Virus record (IMG/VR): IMGVR_UViG_3300045988_108212
Span: 32,001-96,000 of that record
Direction: 5' to 3' (one strand)
DNA length: 64,000 nucleotides
From: a virus
The notes under the pieces are model-generated. The model did not search any database. It was given only the letters and a program-made list of their open reading frames with translations, and was not told where the DNA came from. This document shows positions 43,667 through 54,682 of this stretch, piece after piece (the stretch's first letter is position 1; every line of letters begins with the position of its first letter). The position numbers and the translations under genes are program-made.

Positions 43667-46600
43667 CCCCCTTCACTTTCTTAATATCTTCTAGCCATTG
43701 TTTATATGGTTTAATTTTCTTTGCGATAACCTTCTCTTCTGAATCTTTTCTGCATAACATCGCAATCTGATTTCCTTTGGTAATCATATCTTCATATTCT
43801 TTTAATTGCGAATGCCAGACGATTGCCTCAGTCAATCCAAAACTAGAATATAAATTCACATACGCAAATGTCTTTTTATTTTTGTCTTTCTTTTTATCAA
43901 CTTTAGCGATCACTGCAACCACAGTACAATCATCTCCATTTTCAACATCTTGAAATTGTTTTGACATATACTTGTATGCCTGATCAAATGGGTTATCGTT
44001 GATAAAGATTTGCAATGCTTCAAATTCCCAAAAATCTTCATTCTCAAGATATTTTTGATTCTGTGCGATAAATTTCTGAAATCGTTCTTTTTCCTTATCT
44101 TTGTACAATTCATACTTTTTATCGTTATAAACTTTCAATATTGCATCTTTGTCGTAATCATATTTCTTCTCACCTATACGGTAATCTTCAGCGTCAATAT
44201 CCCATTTAATAAGTAATTGTTTGTAACTCGGTGCTTTTGCAACTGGCTTGAATGTTGTTGGCTGATACATAGATTTCAAATACTGAATTAAAGTTTTACG
44301 CTTATTCTTTGTTGGAATTGCACCTGCTTTGATCAACTGAATAACCTGTGATTTACTTGGATTAATACGTTCGCAAAAGTTTTCAAATCCTATGAATTTA
44401 CCATTTTTATCACGGTCTTCAAGAATTACCTTTGCAATTTTTTCTCCAATGCCACTGATAGCCGATAATCCAAACAATATATACACATCGTCAATACTGA
44501 AATTCATCATTGATTTGTTTAAGTTTGGTGGTAACACTTGAATCTTAAACGCCTTAGCATCAAGAATATATTTATTTACCATTCCTGCCTTATCTTTATT
44601 GCGATTCAATAATGCCTTAAAAAAACACAACGCATAATGTTTCTTTAAAAACGCTGTTTGTAAGCATAATACAGCGTAGGAGTACGCATGACTTTTGTTG
44701 AATAAGTATCCCCCTTTTTGGGATAATGTCTCGCTAATCTGTTTTGCAATTTCTTCGGGGTATCCATTCTCAATAATCTCGTAATAAAGCTTTTTAGATT
44801 CAGACTTTACAAGTTCAATATTCTTCTTACCAATCGCCTTACGGAATAAGTCAGCTCCTCCATAACTTCGACCACCAAATTTACGAACAATATCAAGTAA
44901 TTGCTCCTGATAAATCATACATCCATACGTTTCCTTTAAGATTGGCTCCATATCTGGATGGATATATGCAATTTTCTCTGGATGATGTTTATACTCAATG
45001 AATTCTTCTAAAACATCCATTGCATCTGGTCTATACAGTGCTAATACAGCTGCCAACTCTTCCATGTTTGAGACTTGTAACCTAACCAGCAAATCCTTCA
45101 TACCAGCACTTTCGACCTGGAAAACACCATTCGTCATTGCACTACGCAATAATTCATATGATCCTTTATCCATTTCAAACTTTGGATTGTTAATATTTAC
45201 ATCAAACTCAGTTAACCCTGCGTCAATTTCGGCTTCTTTTACAGTGTTCAATGTAGCAACACCCAAAATATCAAATTTAATAATCCCAATCTCTTCAACG
45301 ATACGTTTATCTACTTGGATGACGTGTTCTCCATCAGTTCCAAGTTTCATTGCCATATAATCGCTAATATCTGTATCTACAATTCCAACACCACCTGCAT
45401 GAGAAGATACTGTTTTTACTCTACCTGCAAGATGAGATGCAACGTCAAAAAGCTCTTCATATCTTGGATTCTCTGCTAAATCTCTGTTATTCCATAAAGA
45501 TTCTTCAATCGTGTCATATACAAATTTTTTACTTAGTTTGTCCATCTCGTGATAATTGAACCCTAAAACCTTGCCAACATCTTTGATTGCCACAATTGGA
45601 GTAATAAAACTGAAATTGATAATCTGGCATACTCTGTTTTCGCCATACTTATCGATCAAATATTGGATAATCTCATCTCGTGTACCAACATCTGTATCTG
45701 TATCTGGCATTGAAATTCGTTCTGGATTTAAAAATCTTTCAAAAATCAGTCCATATTTGATAGGATCTAAGTCTGTAATTGTAATCGTGTAACACACCAA
45801 ACTACCTGCACAACTACCTCGACCAGCACCAATTGGAATACCATTTTCTCTTGCAAAATTGATAAAATCCCAAACAATCAAGAAGTATCCATCGAATCCC
45901 ATTGAATGAATAATATCTAACTCATAATCAATTCTTTCTTTTCTGAGTTTCTGCTCATCTTCTGGTAATTTATCGAATCCTCGTTTTACCCACCCTGTAT
46001 CAATCAGATACTTTAAATAAGAATAATTATCTTCAAATCCTTCTGGTAATGGGAAAGATGGTAACTGAGGTGCCTGAAATGGCATGTGAATTTCATCAAT
46101 TAAATCTGCAATCCTATCAGTTTCTTCAAGTCCTTTAGTTACTGCGTCTTCTCCAATTTGGTTATCCATAATTGCATGAATTTCATCGTCAGATTGTAAA
46201 TAACATCCTTCATAAATTTCTGCTGCGGTTTCAGTATCGTGAGCAAGCTTTACATGCCAGTTCTGATAATACAGATCTTCTTTTCTAGCAGCGTGACTAT
46301 CAGTTGTGATAATGTATGGTGTATTAGTGTCTACTGAAAGCTGTAAGATTTTCTGATTATATACCATTTGATCCTGATGTGAATGTGACTGCATTTCTAA
46401 ATAAAAATGTGGAAAAATCTCTTTGTATTCACGAACATATTTAACACATTTCTGATAATCTGGCTCTCTGGCAAGTTTAGATGCTAAACAAGCACTACTC
46501 ACAACCAGATCCTTAGCATATGGTTTCAACGCATTCAGATCAATTCGTGGCTTATAGTAAAATCCATGAAAATTTGAATCAGTTACCAATTGATTAATTG

Positions 46601-46889
46601 CTTTTCTACCATTCTCATTCTTTGCTAATACAATTAAATGGAAATATTTGCTATCCTTATTCTGTTCTGTCATATCAAAGCATTCATAAAATTCAACTCC
46701 AAAAATCAATTTAACACTTGGATATTTCTCATGAAGCTTATCATAATAGCACCAACTATACTCATTGCCATGTTCTGTGATAGCCAGGGCTTTTAGTCCT
46801 ATCTCTTCTGCTCTTTGTAAGTTTTCTTCAGGTAATGCATATCCATCTAACAATGAATAATGCGAATGTGTATGTAATGAACTGCTCAC
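43656..46889 (-). CDS. dnaE: DNA polymerase III alpha-type replicative polymerase (PHP N-terminus)
   Basis: LHTHSHYSLLDG PHP motif, PDTDTD active-site region, 1077 aa. Confidence 0.85.
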   Translation of the reverse strand: MSSSLHTHSHYSLLDGYALPEENLQRAEEIGLKALAITEHGNEYSWCYYDKLHEKYPSVKLIFGVEFYECFDMTEQNKDSKYFHLIVLAKNENGRKAINQLVTDSNFHGFYYKPRIDLNALKPYAKDLVVSSACLASKLAREPDYQKCVKYVREYKEIFPHFYLEMQSHSHQDQMVYNQKILQLSVDTNTPYIITTDSHAARKEDLYYQNWHVKLAHDTETAAEIYEGCYLQSDDEIHAIMDNQIGEDAVTKGLEETDRIADLIDEIHMPFQAPQLPSFPLPEGFEDNYSYLKYLIDTGWVKRGFDKLPEDEQKLRKERIDYELDIIHSMGFDGYFLIVWDFINFARENGIPIGAGRGSCAGSLVCYTITITDLDPIKYGLIFERFLNPERISMPDTDTDVGTRDEIIQYLIDKYGENRVCQIINFSFITPIVAIKDVGKVLGFNYHEMDKLSKKFVYDTIEESLWNNRDLAENPRYEELFDVASHLAGRVKTVSSHAGGVGIVDTDISDYMAMKLGTDGEHVIQVDKRIVEEIGIIKFDILGVATLNTVKEAEIDAGLTEFDVNINNPKFEMDKGSYELLRSAMTNGVFQVESAGMKDLLVRLQVSNMEELAAVLALYRPDAMDVLEEFIEYKHHPEKIAYIHPDMEPILKETYGCMIYQEQLLDIVRKFGGRSYGGADLFRKAIGKKNIELVKSESKKLYYEIIENGYPEEIAKQISETLSQKGGYLFNKSHAYSYAVLCLQTAFLKKHYALCFFKALLNRNKDKAGMVNKYILDAKAFKIQVLPPNLNKSMMNFSIDDVYILFGLSAISGIGEKIAKVILEDRDKNGKFIGFENFCERINPSKSQVIQLIKAGAIPTKNKRKTLIQYLKSMYQPTTFKPVAKAPSYKQLLIKWDIDAEDYRIGEKKYDYDKDAILKVYNDKKYELYKDKEKERFQKFIAQNQKYLENEDFWEFEALQIFINDNPFDQAYKYMSKQFQDVENGDDCTVVAVIAKVDKKKDKNKKTFAYVNLYSSFGLTEAIVWHSQLKEYEDMITKGNQIAMLCRKDSEEKVIAKKIKPYKQWLEDIKKVKGVVA

Positions 46890-46900
46890 TAACTTTCACC

Positions 46901-48649
46901 TCAATCCCAAATATCTTCGTCTAATTCTTCATCTGTTGTGATGCTCAGAACATTAATATCATCAACCGCAATTTGATATTGTCTAATTCCGTTAAAGATA
47001 TTAGTCTGTGCAGTTCCTACTAATTCAAATGTAACTGTGCCTTCGTCAGAAAAATCATTCATAATCCAATCATAAATCTTATTTTTTTCATTACATCTAA
47101 ACATCACGCATGGAATATCATTAATCTTGAATTGCATTGTATCCATTTTCTTACCAACAACATTAATTTCTTCCTTATTTAATGTGATATTCTCGACAGC
47201 AATCATCGGATCATCAATGCCCTGCCCGCGAATATCATCCAATTTAGACATTTCCTGTAGTAGTTCAAAATCTAATCTACAAGCATCTACAATGAAATCA
47301 ACTCTATAAGTTGAATCATATTTAATATCTTTCAGCTTGTCGTTTAATTCTGTGAGTGCTCCAGAGATATTATCTGTCGAACATCCAAATGCATTGGCGT
47401 GACCTTTTGCCCATAAAAATGAATTTGTTTCGGATATCACATCTTTCAAACTATCAATCGGGCTATGGTCTACATTTCTTGCACTACCACTCATTTCTAC
47501 TAATCCTGTTTCTGGATTAATATGTTTTCGTAATAACAAACATGGTCTGTTCATATCTTCAGCAATCTTAATAGCAACCAATCCTGTCAAACTGCTATCT
47601 AATGTTTCTGTAACATCAAGAATAGTAATCTTACTATCTTTATCTTTTTCTGCCTCTTTCATAATAATCGGAACCATCTTTTTCTTTTGACGATCCTGTT
47701 TGCCTTTAGCATTTTTGCATAATCGAGCGGCACGATCGTAAATATTCTCTTTGATTACTTCCGCAGGGTTGTTTTTTGTTGCTCTTTTCTTATAGTCAAA
47801 TACCTCATAGTCTTCAATAAATGCTCTAAAAACTAATTCTTTATCTTTCAAAGAACCAAATCGTACCATACCATTGATAATTGGAACGATATACCACTGA
47901 ACATTATGGATATTAACAATACTATGCATTGAATAATCTTGTGCCTGAATTAGTGCTTTAAAGCATTTATTCTGAATATTCTGAAGCCCTTTATCCACTA
48001 ATCGACGTGTCTCAAATGATCTCATATCCATGACATCACCGATATTCGCTAATGCACATAAATCTAAATAATCATCAGCATAATTGATCCATAATTCGTC
48101 ATCCATTGCTTGCAAAAATCTATAAACAACGCCTGCCCCACATAAGTCTTTGTTCTTATAGCGTGGACTGCACTGGTTATTTACAATTACAACTTCCTCT
48201 GGCATTTTAATTTCAGATTCTTCTTTTTCATGGTGATCAAGAATTACAATCTGTACGCCACGATTTACAAGTTCTGTACATTGTGCTACATCATTGGTGC
48301 CTGCATCTGGAATTATTAGAAGTTTCACGTCTTCAGGTATAGTAATATCTTCACTTAATCCATGAGCTTTTGCTTTTTTATGTAATAAGTAACAAATGTT
48401 ACTCTTACCATCATAAAGTTCATTATTAATGCGATTTAAGTACATATATGCCATCGAAGCCGAGCAAAATCCGTCTACGTCCTCGTCAATTAAAATACCG
48501 ATTTTATGTCCATTTTCAAGTGCAAAAATCGTTGTATTTACTGCATTTTTGATACCCTCTAAATCAGCATAATCTTGAATTACGCTATCATCGAGGTTCA
48601 AATACGTTTCATAATCATCAATCCCTCTATTTCTTAAAATTTCTGGCAC
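46901..48649 (-). CDS. DHH-family phosphoesterase, RecJ-like exonuclease
   Basis: DEDVDGFCS, IIPDAGTND, ILDHHE, GHANAFG. Confidence 0.7.
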   Translation of the reverse strand: MPEILRNRGIDDYETYLNLDDSVIQDYADLEGIKNAVNTTIFALENGHKIGILIDEDVDGFCSASMAYMYLNRINNELYDGKSNICYLLHKKAKAHGLSEDITIPEDVKLLIIPDAGTNDVAQCTELVNRGVQIVILDHHEKEESEIKMPEEVVIVNNQCSPRYKNKDLCGAGVVYRFLQAMDDELWINYADDYLDLCALANIGDVMDMRSFETRRLVDKGLQNIQNKCFKALIQAQDYSMHSIVNIHNVQWYIVPIINGMVRFGSLKDKELVFRAFIEDYEVFDYKKRATKNNPAEVIKENIYDRAARLCKNAKGKQDRQKKKMVPIIMKEAEKDKDSKITILDVTETLDSSLTGLVAIKIAEDMNRPCLLLRKHINPETGLVEMSGSARNVDHSPIDSLKDVISETNSFLWAKGHANAFGCSTDNISGALTELNDKLKDIKYDSTYRVDFIVDACRLDFELLQEMSKLDDIRGQGIDDPMIAVENITLNKEEINVVGKKMDTMQFKINDIPCVMFRCNEKNKIYDWIMNDFSDEGTVTFELVGTAQTNIFNGIRQYQIAVDDINVLSITTDEELDEDIWD

Positions 48650-48716
48650 AACATTAGAGGTATCATTTGTGCCACCTTCATATAATTTGTATTTTATATG
48701 TATAACCTGCCTGTTC

Positions 48717-49745
48717 TTATTTAAGTGTATACAAATAGTTATTTAACAATAGTTCCCATTTTTTAGGATCATCAGTAGGTGATTCTTTTTCATCAAGGAT
48801 TCCTTCTTTTGAGTTATCCATGATGTATGAAATCGGAACTCCATCAATAAAACGATCGCCAAGCTTTTGAATCTCTTCTAACTCAACATCTTTGTCAAAA
48901 ATAAATACTACTTCAACTCCGAGTCTTGTTAACATATCAATTTGCTGTCTTGAAACTTGCTTGCCGCCAGTTGCTACAACATTTTGATATCCATATGACC
49001 ATAGCTGCATGACAGCTTTTTCTGCTTCTGCAACATATACTCTTCCAACCCTTTCTATATAAGGTAGAGTTTTATTCAATCCGTATAAGATTCTTTGTCT
49101 AGCGCATGGCTCAATATATAAATATTTCAAATCATGTTTATCTAACTCTTTCTTGAACAATCGTCCTTTAACACCTACCAAATCACCAATTTCAGAAAAA
49201 ATAGGTATTGTAATTCTGTTTGTATCTTCGTCATAGCCAATATTAAATTCTTTCTGTGTTAAATAAGTAATATGATCTTCATAAAACAGATCATTAACAT
49301 AGTCCTTATAATAAGAAAGAATTCGTTTTGAAATTGGTTTGACTGGTTTATCTTCTTCGGTTTCTATATTTTCTTTCATATCATGAATCAATTGAGTGAT
49401 CTGCAAACTTTCTGGCAGTTGCTCATTAAAATCATGATAATAATCTATGCCGATCAAATTGGCTAGATATTTTAAACCGTCTGGGAAAGACAGACTTTTT
49501 GTAAAGCATACCAAGTCAATTAAATCTGTCTGTCTTTCTTTTGCTGTCATTTTTCTTGTATAATTTGTGCAATTTAGGTTTTCGTTGTTATATGTAATAA
49601 CTGCGGATTCATTATCCCCATCTTTATTTGCACAGCTCCAATATCCAGACGAATGATATTTAATATGATGACAGCCTATATCTTTCAGAATATTTTCTAC
49701 ATAATTATTGTCGTATATATATTCTTTTAGCTGTGCTACATCCAT
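48717..49745 (-). CDS. DNA primase (Toprim)
   Basis: N-terminal Cys/His motif CHHIKYHSSGYWSC. Toprim-like VYVAEAEKAVMQL..FDKD. Confidence 0.6.
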   Translation of the reverse strand: MDVAQLKEYIYDNNYVENILKDIGCHHIKYHSSGYWSCANKDGDNESAVITYNNENLNCTNYTRKMTAKERQTDLIDLVCFTKSLSFPDGLKYLANLIGIDYYHDFNEQLPESLQITQLIHDMKENIETEEDKPVKPISKRILSYYKDYVNDLFYEDHITYLTQKEFNIGYDEDTNRITIPIFSEIGDLVGVKGRLFKKELDKHDLKYLYIEPCARQRILYGLNKTLPYIERVGRVYVAEAEKAVMQLWSYGYQNVVATGGKQVSRQQIDMLTRLGVEVVFIFDKDVELEEIQKLGDRFIDGVPISYIMDNSKEGILDEKESPTDDPKKWELLLNNYLYTLK

Positions 49746-49748
49746 AAC

Positions 49749-51302
49749 CTACGCTCCGTTTTTCTCTCGTTTTATGACATATCCTATTTCGTCCCAAGTA
49801 TTTAAATCCAAATTGATTTCAAAAATTGGAATAACATTTTTGTTACCGCCTCGGTTTTTATCAACCTTAATACAGAAATATGTCTTGTCCTTTTTTAGAT
49901 CGTGCGCCTGTGGCTCTCCCCAATCACTAATTGATATATACTGATATTTGTAATATTCGTCAGGATGTAATCTTTTACCAAGCATTAAGATATCAGCAAC
50001 GTGCTTAATCTGTTTTGCATTGGCAATATTATTACTACTTAGTTGGAATATATCTGTATACACTGTGTCATCTGTTAACTGGAATACAGAAAAACAAAAC
50101 ATATGGATCTCTTTCATAAGCTCTTTAATTTTTGTGGCTGTCTGTTTCACCGTTTGCCAATCATCAATACGATAACCTTTTAACGTGTCATAACCACAAT
50201 ATTTCACATCATATAACATACGATGTTTTCTAAATTCAAACTCTAATGCCGAATCTGAGTAATCAGAGCCAACATCTTTGAAATATAATTTTCCTTGACG
50301 TTTCTGATCTACCCATTTTGCAACTTGCATAACTTTTTGAAACTCATCTGACGTCGTAGCTACTCTATGTCTGTACTCCTCTTCTGTTTCAATAAAGTCG
50401 CCATTTTCATTTGTTTTTCTTTCAATCACATTGCCATTGTTGTCTCTGTAAATACCAAGAACTATTTCTTCTTCTGGCTTTTCAATATCAACCCCATGAA
50501 GCTCTTTAAAACATTTGTTGTTGATCACTGTAACGACTAAGCAATTTCGCAAATCGTCTTCATCCATTTCGTTACTGAGTAATAAAAATTTCTCATCCAT
50601 TGCCAATACGATATATGCGATCAACAACATCATATTTCTTGATTTTCCTTCATTACTTAAGAATCCATTAAAAATTACCTTTCCAAGTCGACACCCTCTG
50701 AACATCTTATTGAGAATCCCCCAAGGTAACGGAATCCCTAAATCTGGTTTTGATAAAAATGATTCAACCTGTGATTCAACACCACTATTCAATAAGACAG
50801 AATCTTCGCCTGCGCTAATAACAGTATTAATTTTGTCTGCCTGAGATCGAATCACTCTATAAATATCTTTTGCTTCCCATTTTTCAAATAACCTATGGTT
50901 TAAAATTCGTTGAACAGGATATCCATTTCTGTCATACTCTCTTACAAGAGAATATTTCTTAACGAGATTATAATATTTTTTAAAATCATCACAATCTGCA
51001 ACCTGCATCCATGATGAAATCGTCTTCCACCCTTTGTATCTTTTGTATGTCCTAAGTCTTTCATCTGATTGACTCATGAACATATTTACCTTATCCTCCT
51101 CAATCGTCTGAGTAAATGTTTTATACATAATCTCAAACATATCATAGAAGAATTTACATGCCTCATCGCTGAAATCATACTGACTTCTCATATATCCACC
51201 ATAAGAAACATATAAATCTGGCTGTTTATACAAAGCACCGATAAACATCATTTCACTCTGAATGTTAGTTACACTTTTACGTTCTACTGCTTCTTCTGTC
51301 AA
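49749..51302 (-). CDS. DnaB-like replicative helicase (TTG start)
   Basis: N-terminal IQSEMMFIGALYKQPDL pattern. P-loop-like GFLSNEGKSRNM. Adjacent to the primase. Confidence 0.6.
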   Translation of the reverse strand: MTEEAVERKSVTNIQSEMMFIGALYKQPDLYVSYGGYMRSQYDFSDEACKFFYDMFEIMYKTFTQTIEEDKVNMFMSQSDERLRTYKRYKGWKTISSWMQVADCDDFKKYYNLVKKYSLVREYDRNGYPVQRILNHRLFEKWEAKDIYRVIRSQADKINTVISAGEDSVLLNSGVESQVESFLSKPDLGIPLPWGILNKMFRGCRLGKVIFNGFLSNEGKSRNMMLLIAYIVLAMDEKFLLLSNEMDEDDLRNCLVVTVINNKCFKELHGVDIEKPEEEIVLGIYRDNNGNVIERKTNENGDFIETEEEYRHRVATTSDEFQKVMQVAKWVDQKRQGKLYFKDVGSDYSDSALEFEFRKHRMLYDVKYCGYDTLKGYRIDDWQTVKQTATKIKELMKEIHMFCFSVFQLTDDTVYTDIFQLSSNNIANAKQIKHVADILMLGKRLHPDEYYKYQYISISDWGEPQAHDLKKDKTYFCIKVDKNRGGNKNVIPIFEINLDLNTWDEIGYVIKREKNGA

Positions 51303-51994
51303 TCAAGTCCCTCACCAAAAATATCACTTAAAATGTCGTCCATGTTATCGTCTTGTGTGGCTGTTACTACAGTTTTCTGAGTTGTGATATTATTTGTTTC
51401 AACAAAAGATTTTGCAAATTTTTCATTATTCTTTTTGTCTACTTCATTTAATTTCTGTTTCTCTTTCCATCGTAAATAACTATCATACTTTCCTACTAAA
51501 ACTGCCAAATCATAATTAACCTGGTGCGTTGGATTATCTTTATCCATCGTTCCTTTTTGTATCAAAAATGTTCGATTTTTCTTAAGATATTTCATTTGAC
51601 GCTTCCACATATCTAAAAGATCACTTGGTGGAATTGGTTTCGCCAGACCACGATATGTACCTTTATAAATACTTTTCAATTTTGTAAAAACATATGCTGG
51701 TACAGAACCAATGTAGTTATAATTATCAAGAATAAACCGATATACTTTGTCTTCTAACAATCTTGGTTCAAGTAACACTCGTGCTTTCTGATTATATTCA
51801 TCAATCTTAGACAATGCAGATAACCATTTGTCATGTTTAGTATTTTTGGATAATAATTTTGCTTTACACATTTTGCGGAAACATTCTTTGTGATAATAAC
51901 TATTGTCATATTTAACAATCTCTTGCACTTTATCTAAATCAAGTTCAATTACTTCTTTACAATAAGCGCATTTTACTGTTAAAACATCTGCCAT
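51299..51994 (-). CDS. Hypothetical protein with N-terminal zinc motif (possible helicase loader/initiator by position)
   Basis: CAYC..HKEC. Position is upstream of the helicase. Confidence 0.4.
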   Translation of the reverse strand: MADVLTVKCAYCKEVIELDLDKVQEIVKYDNSYYHKECFRKMCKAKLLSKNTKHDKWLSALSKIDEYNQKARVLLEPRLLEDKVYRFILDNYNYIGSVPAYVFTKLKSIYKGTYRGLAKPIPPSDLLDMWKRQMKYLKKNRTFLIQKGTMDKDNPTHQVNYDLAVLVGKYDSYLRWKEKQKLNEVDKKNNEKFAKSFVETNNITTQKTVVTATQDDNMDDILSDIFGEGLD

Positions 51995-52073
51995 GCTACA
52001 GTTACTCCTCGTCCAATATCAAAGGATTAGGTAGCCAAAATGGCTACCACATAAACCCTTTTGTAATTTCACC

Positions 52074-53288
52074 TTATCCTTCCTGATCTTCTTTGATTTT
52101 TTTCACTAAGATTTCTTCAATCTTCTTTAGCTGATCAAGATCATTAAGACGACTAAAGGCGGTAGGTAATCCTTCTTTGGCGAGCTTATCTTTCATTTCC
52201 TGTCGTTTTGGAGGAGCTAATTTTTTGATTCTGTCAGAAATTCGTTTTTTTACATCCTGAACAGAATCTTTTTTACTAGATGATTCACTGGATGACGCAC
52301 CAGATTCTTCTTTTTCTGCTTCCTCTTCGGAAACTGGCTTACCTGCTTCTCCAAGAATTTCTCTCTTATAGATTTTCTGTTCAACATCTACTGCTTTTGT
52401 AAGAGCATTACCAAGTGTAAACTCTTTGTTTCCAACAGAATTATCAATAACTTTCTGCCAAGCTAACATCTGTGGATCTTCTACAATCTCATTCTTTTTA
52501 TATGTATGCGTTCTATCTTTTACAATCTGAGCACAAACCATGTCAGTTTCATTATCAACGAATGTACGAATTACTGTTTTTGCGTTATAATCCATACCTT
52601 TAAATCCATCAATAATCTTACGACCTGTCGTAACAGTTTCTCTTTTACCGTCAATCATCTTAGATTCTGTTTCATCTTTTTCTCTTGCTGTTACAACACA
52701 ATGTGCTCCAGAAGCTAATAAATCAAGGATTAAATCCTGACCTTTAAAGTTTACAGTCTGGTAATCTTTTAATTCCATACCTGCACCTTCAATCTTGACA
52801 AGTCTGGCTTCACCTGTCATATTTGCAGCATCCGCTTTTACACGATTTCTTTTCTTAGAGAACTCAATCAATCCCTGTTTTGTAGTCAGATTTAAGATTG
52901 TTGATCCATCCACAACAATTGCGTCAGCTCTAAATGGAAGACCATCTGCGTCTAAAACTACATCATCAGTTTCTTCTCCATCGTCATCAAGCTCGTAGAA
53001 GTCACCGTTTGTTTTAACTGTATCAATATAATGTCTTACTTCTCCTAAGCTCTGAGTGTAAACAATGTAAATGTTTTCGAGATTTACACCATTTTCCTCT
53101 AATTCTGGTAAATAATCATCAATACTTCCTGATTCAGAGTCTAGGTATAAGACTCTGAAAGGCTTCCCATCTGGGCGTTTAAAATACGCTAACTGCATTG
53201 CCAGTGTACTTTTACCAGTAAAAGGTTCTCCATAAATAATAGTCATCAATTTACTCTGTGTTTTTGCTGCTTTTCTTGCTTTTGCCAA
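52074..53288 (-). CDS. RecA-like/AAA ATPase with acidic C-terminal region
   Basis: Walker A GEPFTGKST and Walker B AIVVDGS. Confidence 0.55.
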   Translation of the reverse strand: MAKARKAAKTQSKLMTIIYGEPFTGKSTLAMQLAYFKRPDGKPFRVLYLDSESGSIDDYLPELEENGVNLENIYIVYTQSLGEVRHYIDTVKTNGDFYELDDDGEETDDVVLDADGLPFRADAIVVDGSTILNLTTKQGLIEFSKKRNRVKADAANMTGEARLVKIEGAGMELKDYQTVNFKGQDLILDLLASGAHCVVTAREKDETESKMIDGKRETVTTGRKIIDGFKGMDYNAKTVIRTFVDNETDMVCAQIVKDRTHTYKKNEIVEDPQMLAWQKVIDNSVGNKEFTLGNALTKAVDVEQKIYKREILGEAGKPVSEEEAEKEESGASSSESSSKKDSVQDVKKRISDRIKKLAPPKRQEMKDKLAKEGLPTAFSRLNDLDQLKKIEEILVKKIKEDQEG

Positions 53289-53352
53289 ATGTAAAACTCC
53301 TTTATGTATATATTGTTTTGTTATTTATTTGTGAAATGATTTAGAATTGTTC

Positions 53353-54474
53353 TTACCAAACATCGCCTTCAGTATCATCTGAAGAATCATCAAAACCAGA
53401 TCCCCATTCATCATCTGTAGAAGAGCTACTTGTCTGTTCGTCATCAGACTCACCGAAATCACTTCTTGCTGCTTCTGCCTTTTTAATAGCTTCAATCGCT
53501 GCATCAATTGCTTCTCTGGTGTATGTTTCTGAATCAATACTATCTTTGCTTGCGCCAGTGATAATAAGTTCTTTTCTTGCAGAATCTACGACTCTCTTTG
53601 TAGGATCTGCTTCTCCCCATCCATCATCTTCTACTTCAACTTCTTCTGTCTGAATTTCTGTCTTAATATGTCCCCAAACTTCGATAGATGAATATGGCTT
53701 AACATTCTTCTTAAAAGTTTTTGCTAATTTCTTATTTGTCATATAGAATTCAGCATCATCAACAGATGAATAACCAATAATCTTTCCATAAACGATAAAA
53801 CGTCCTGTTGGCACATCATCTTCTTTTTCCTGTTCAATATTTGTAAAAACCATTGTCTGTTTAAAATCAGATCTTACCTTATGCTCCTCATTATCAAGAT
53901 CAATTTCTTTACTTGTTAAACTAATTTGTGTTGGAGACATTCTTGACCACTGGCGTTTAGTTCCGTTTTCCCCAGTAAAACTTCCATATTCAATATCTCC
54001 TTTAATGAATACACTCTGGTTATCTGCCATGTGTTCTGAAGCATATTTTGTTAAATCAAATGGATCTAATACCAGTTTTTTGTTAACGACCTGTCCTTTA
54101 TCATTAGTCTCTTTCTCAAGACCAACCCTTGAACCAATCAATGACCAATCATCTCCAAGCCCAAGCTCCTTAACAGATTTAAAACGGTCAGCCCAAGGAA
54201 TATCCTTAGTTTTGTATGTAGTTTTTTTACCGTTCTTTTCTCTTTTAAGGAAATAAACTTTTGGTTTTTCAAATGCCTGGATTTTACATCTAACTTTTAC
54301 GTCAGGTTCTACTTTAACTCCGAAAGATAACGTTCGTTTACCTTTGCCTTTCTGCGTTTTACCTTCCTTATAAAAGTCGTCTTTTGCACAATCAGTGATT
54401 AATCCTTCTAACTGAAATGTACCTTTAGTTTCTGGTAAGTTGAAAAGTCTTTTAGATTTTGTGTTTTCTGCCAA
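53353..54474 (-). CDS. Putative ssDNA-binding protein (TTG start)
   Basis: Position in the replication module, and an acidic terminal tail DDEWGSGFDDSSDDTEGDVW of SSB type. Confidence 0.4.
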   Translation of the reverse strand: MAENTKSKRLFNLPETKGTFQLEGLITDCAKDDFYKEGKTQKGKGKRTLSFGVKVEPDVKVRCKIQAFEKPKVYFLKREKNGKKTTYKTKDIPWADRFKSVKELGLGDDWSLIGSRVGLEKETNDKGQVVNKKLVLDPFDLTKYASEHMADNQSVFIKGDIEYGSFTGENGTKRQWSRMSPTQISLTSKEIDLDNEEHKVRSDFKQTMVFTNIEQEKEDDVPTGRFIVYGKIIGYSSVDDAEFYMTNKKLAKTFKKNVKPYSSIEVWGHIKTEIQTEEVEVEDDGWGEADPTKRVVDSARKELIITGASKDSIDSETYTREAIDAAIEAIKKAEAARSDFGESDDEQTSSSSTDDEWGSGFDDSSDDTEGDVW

Positions 54475-54647
54475 ATAAATTTACCTCTTTCTGTTATTAA
54501 ATTTGTTTAGTTAGTTTTTAGTTTGTAAATAAGTCATCAATTTATATCCACTGTCAACTCTGCCAAAGTCAACAGGAACAAAAAATAATTTTATCTGATC
54601 GGCTTATATTGTTATAATCGTTCTATTACGTTTATAACAAATGCGTC

Positions 54648-54676
54648 AAAAAAAATAATAAAAGCAAAAAGCTTTT
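54648..54676 (-). terminator. Weak terminator after sigma-factor gene
   Basis: AAAAGC/GCTTTT stem, then ATTATTTTTTTT on the minus strand. Confidence 0.35.
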
Positions 54677-54682
54677 TTGAAA

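Noticed and set aside
53325-53537. ORF 53325-53537 and other same-strand overlapping ORFs: 21462-21710, 28402-28659, 32048-32341, 34079-34270, 38900-39112, 43910-44113 and 14413-14652.
   Set aside because: Each is nested out of frame inside a longer gene with clear motifs. None has an independent translation signal.
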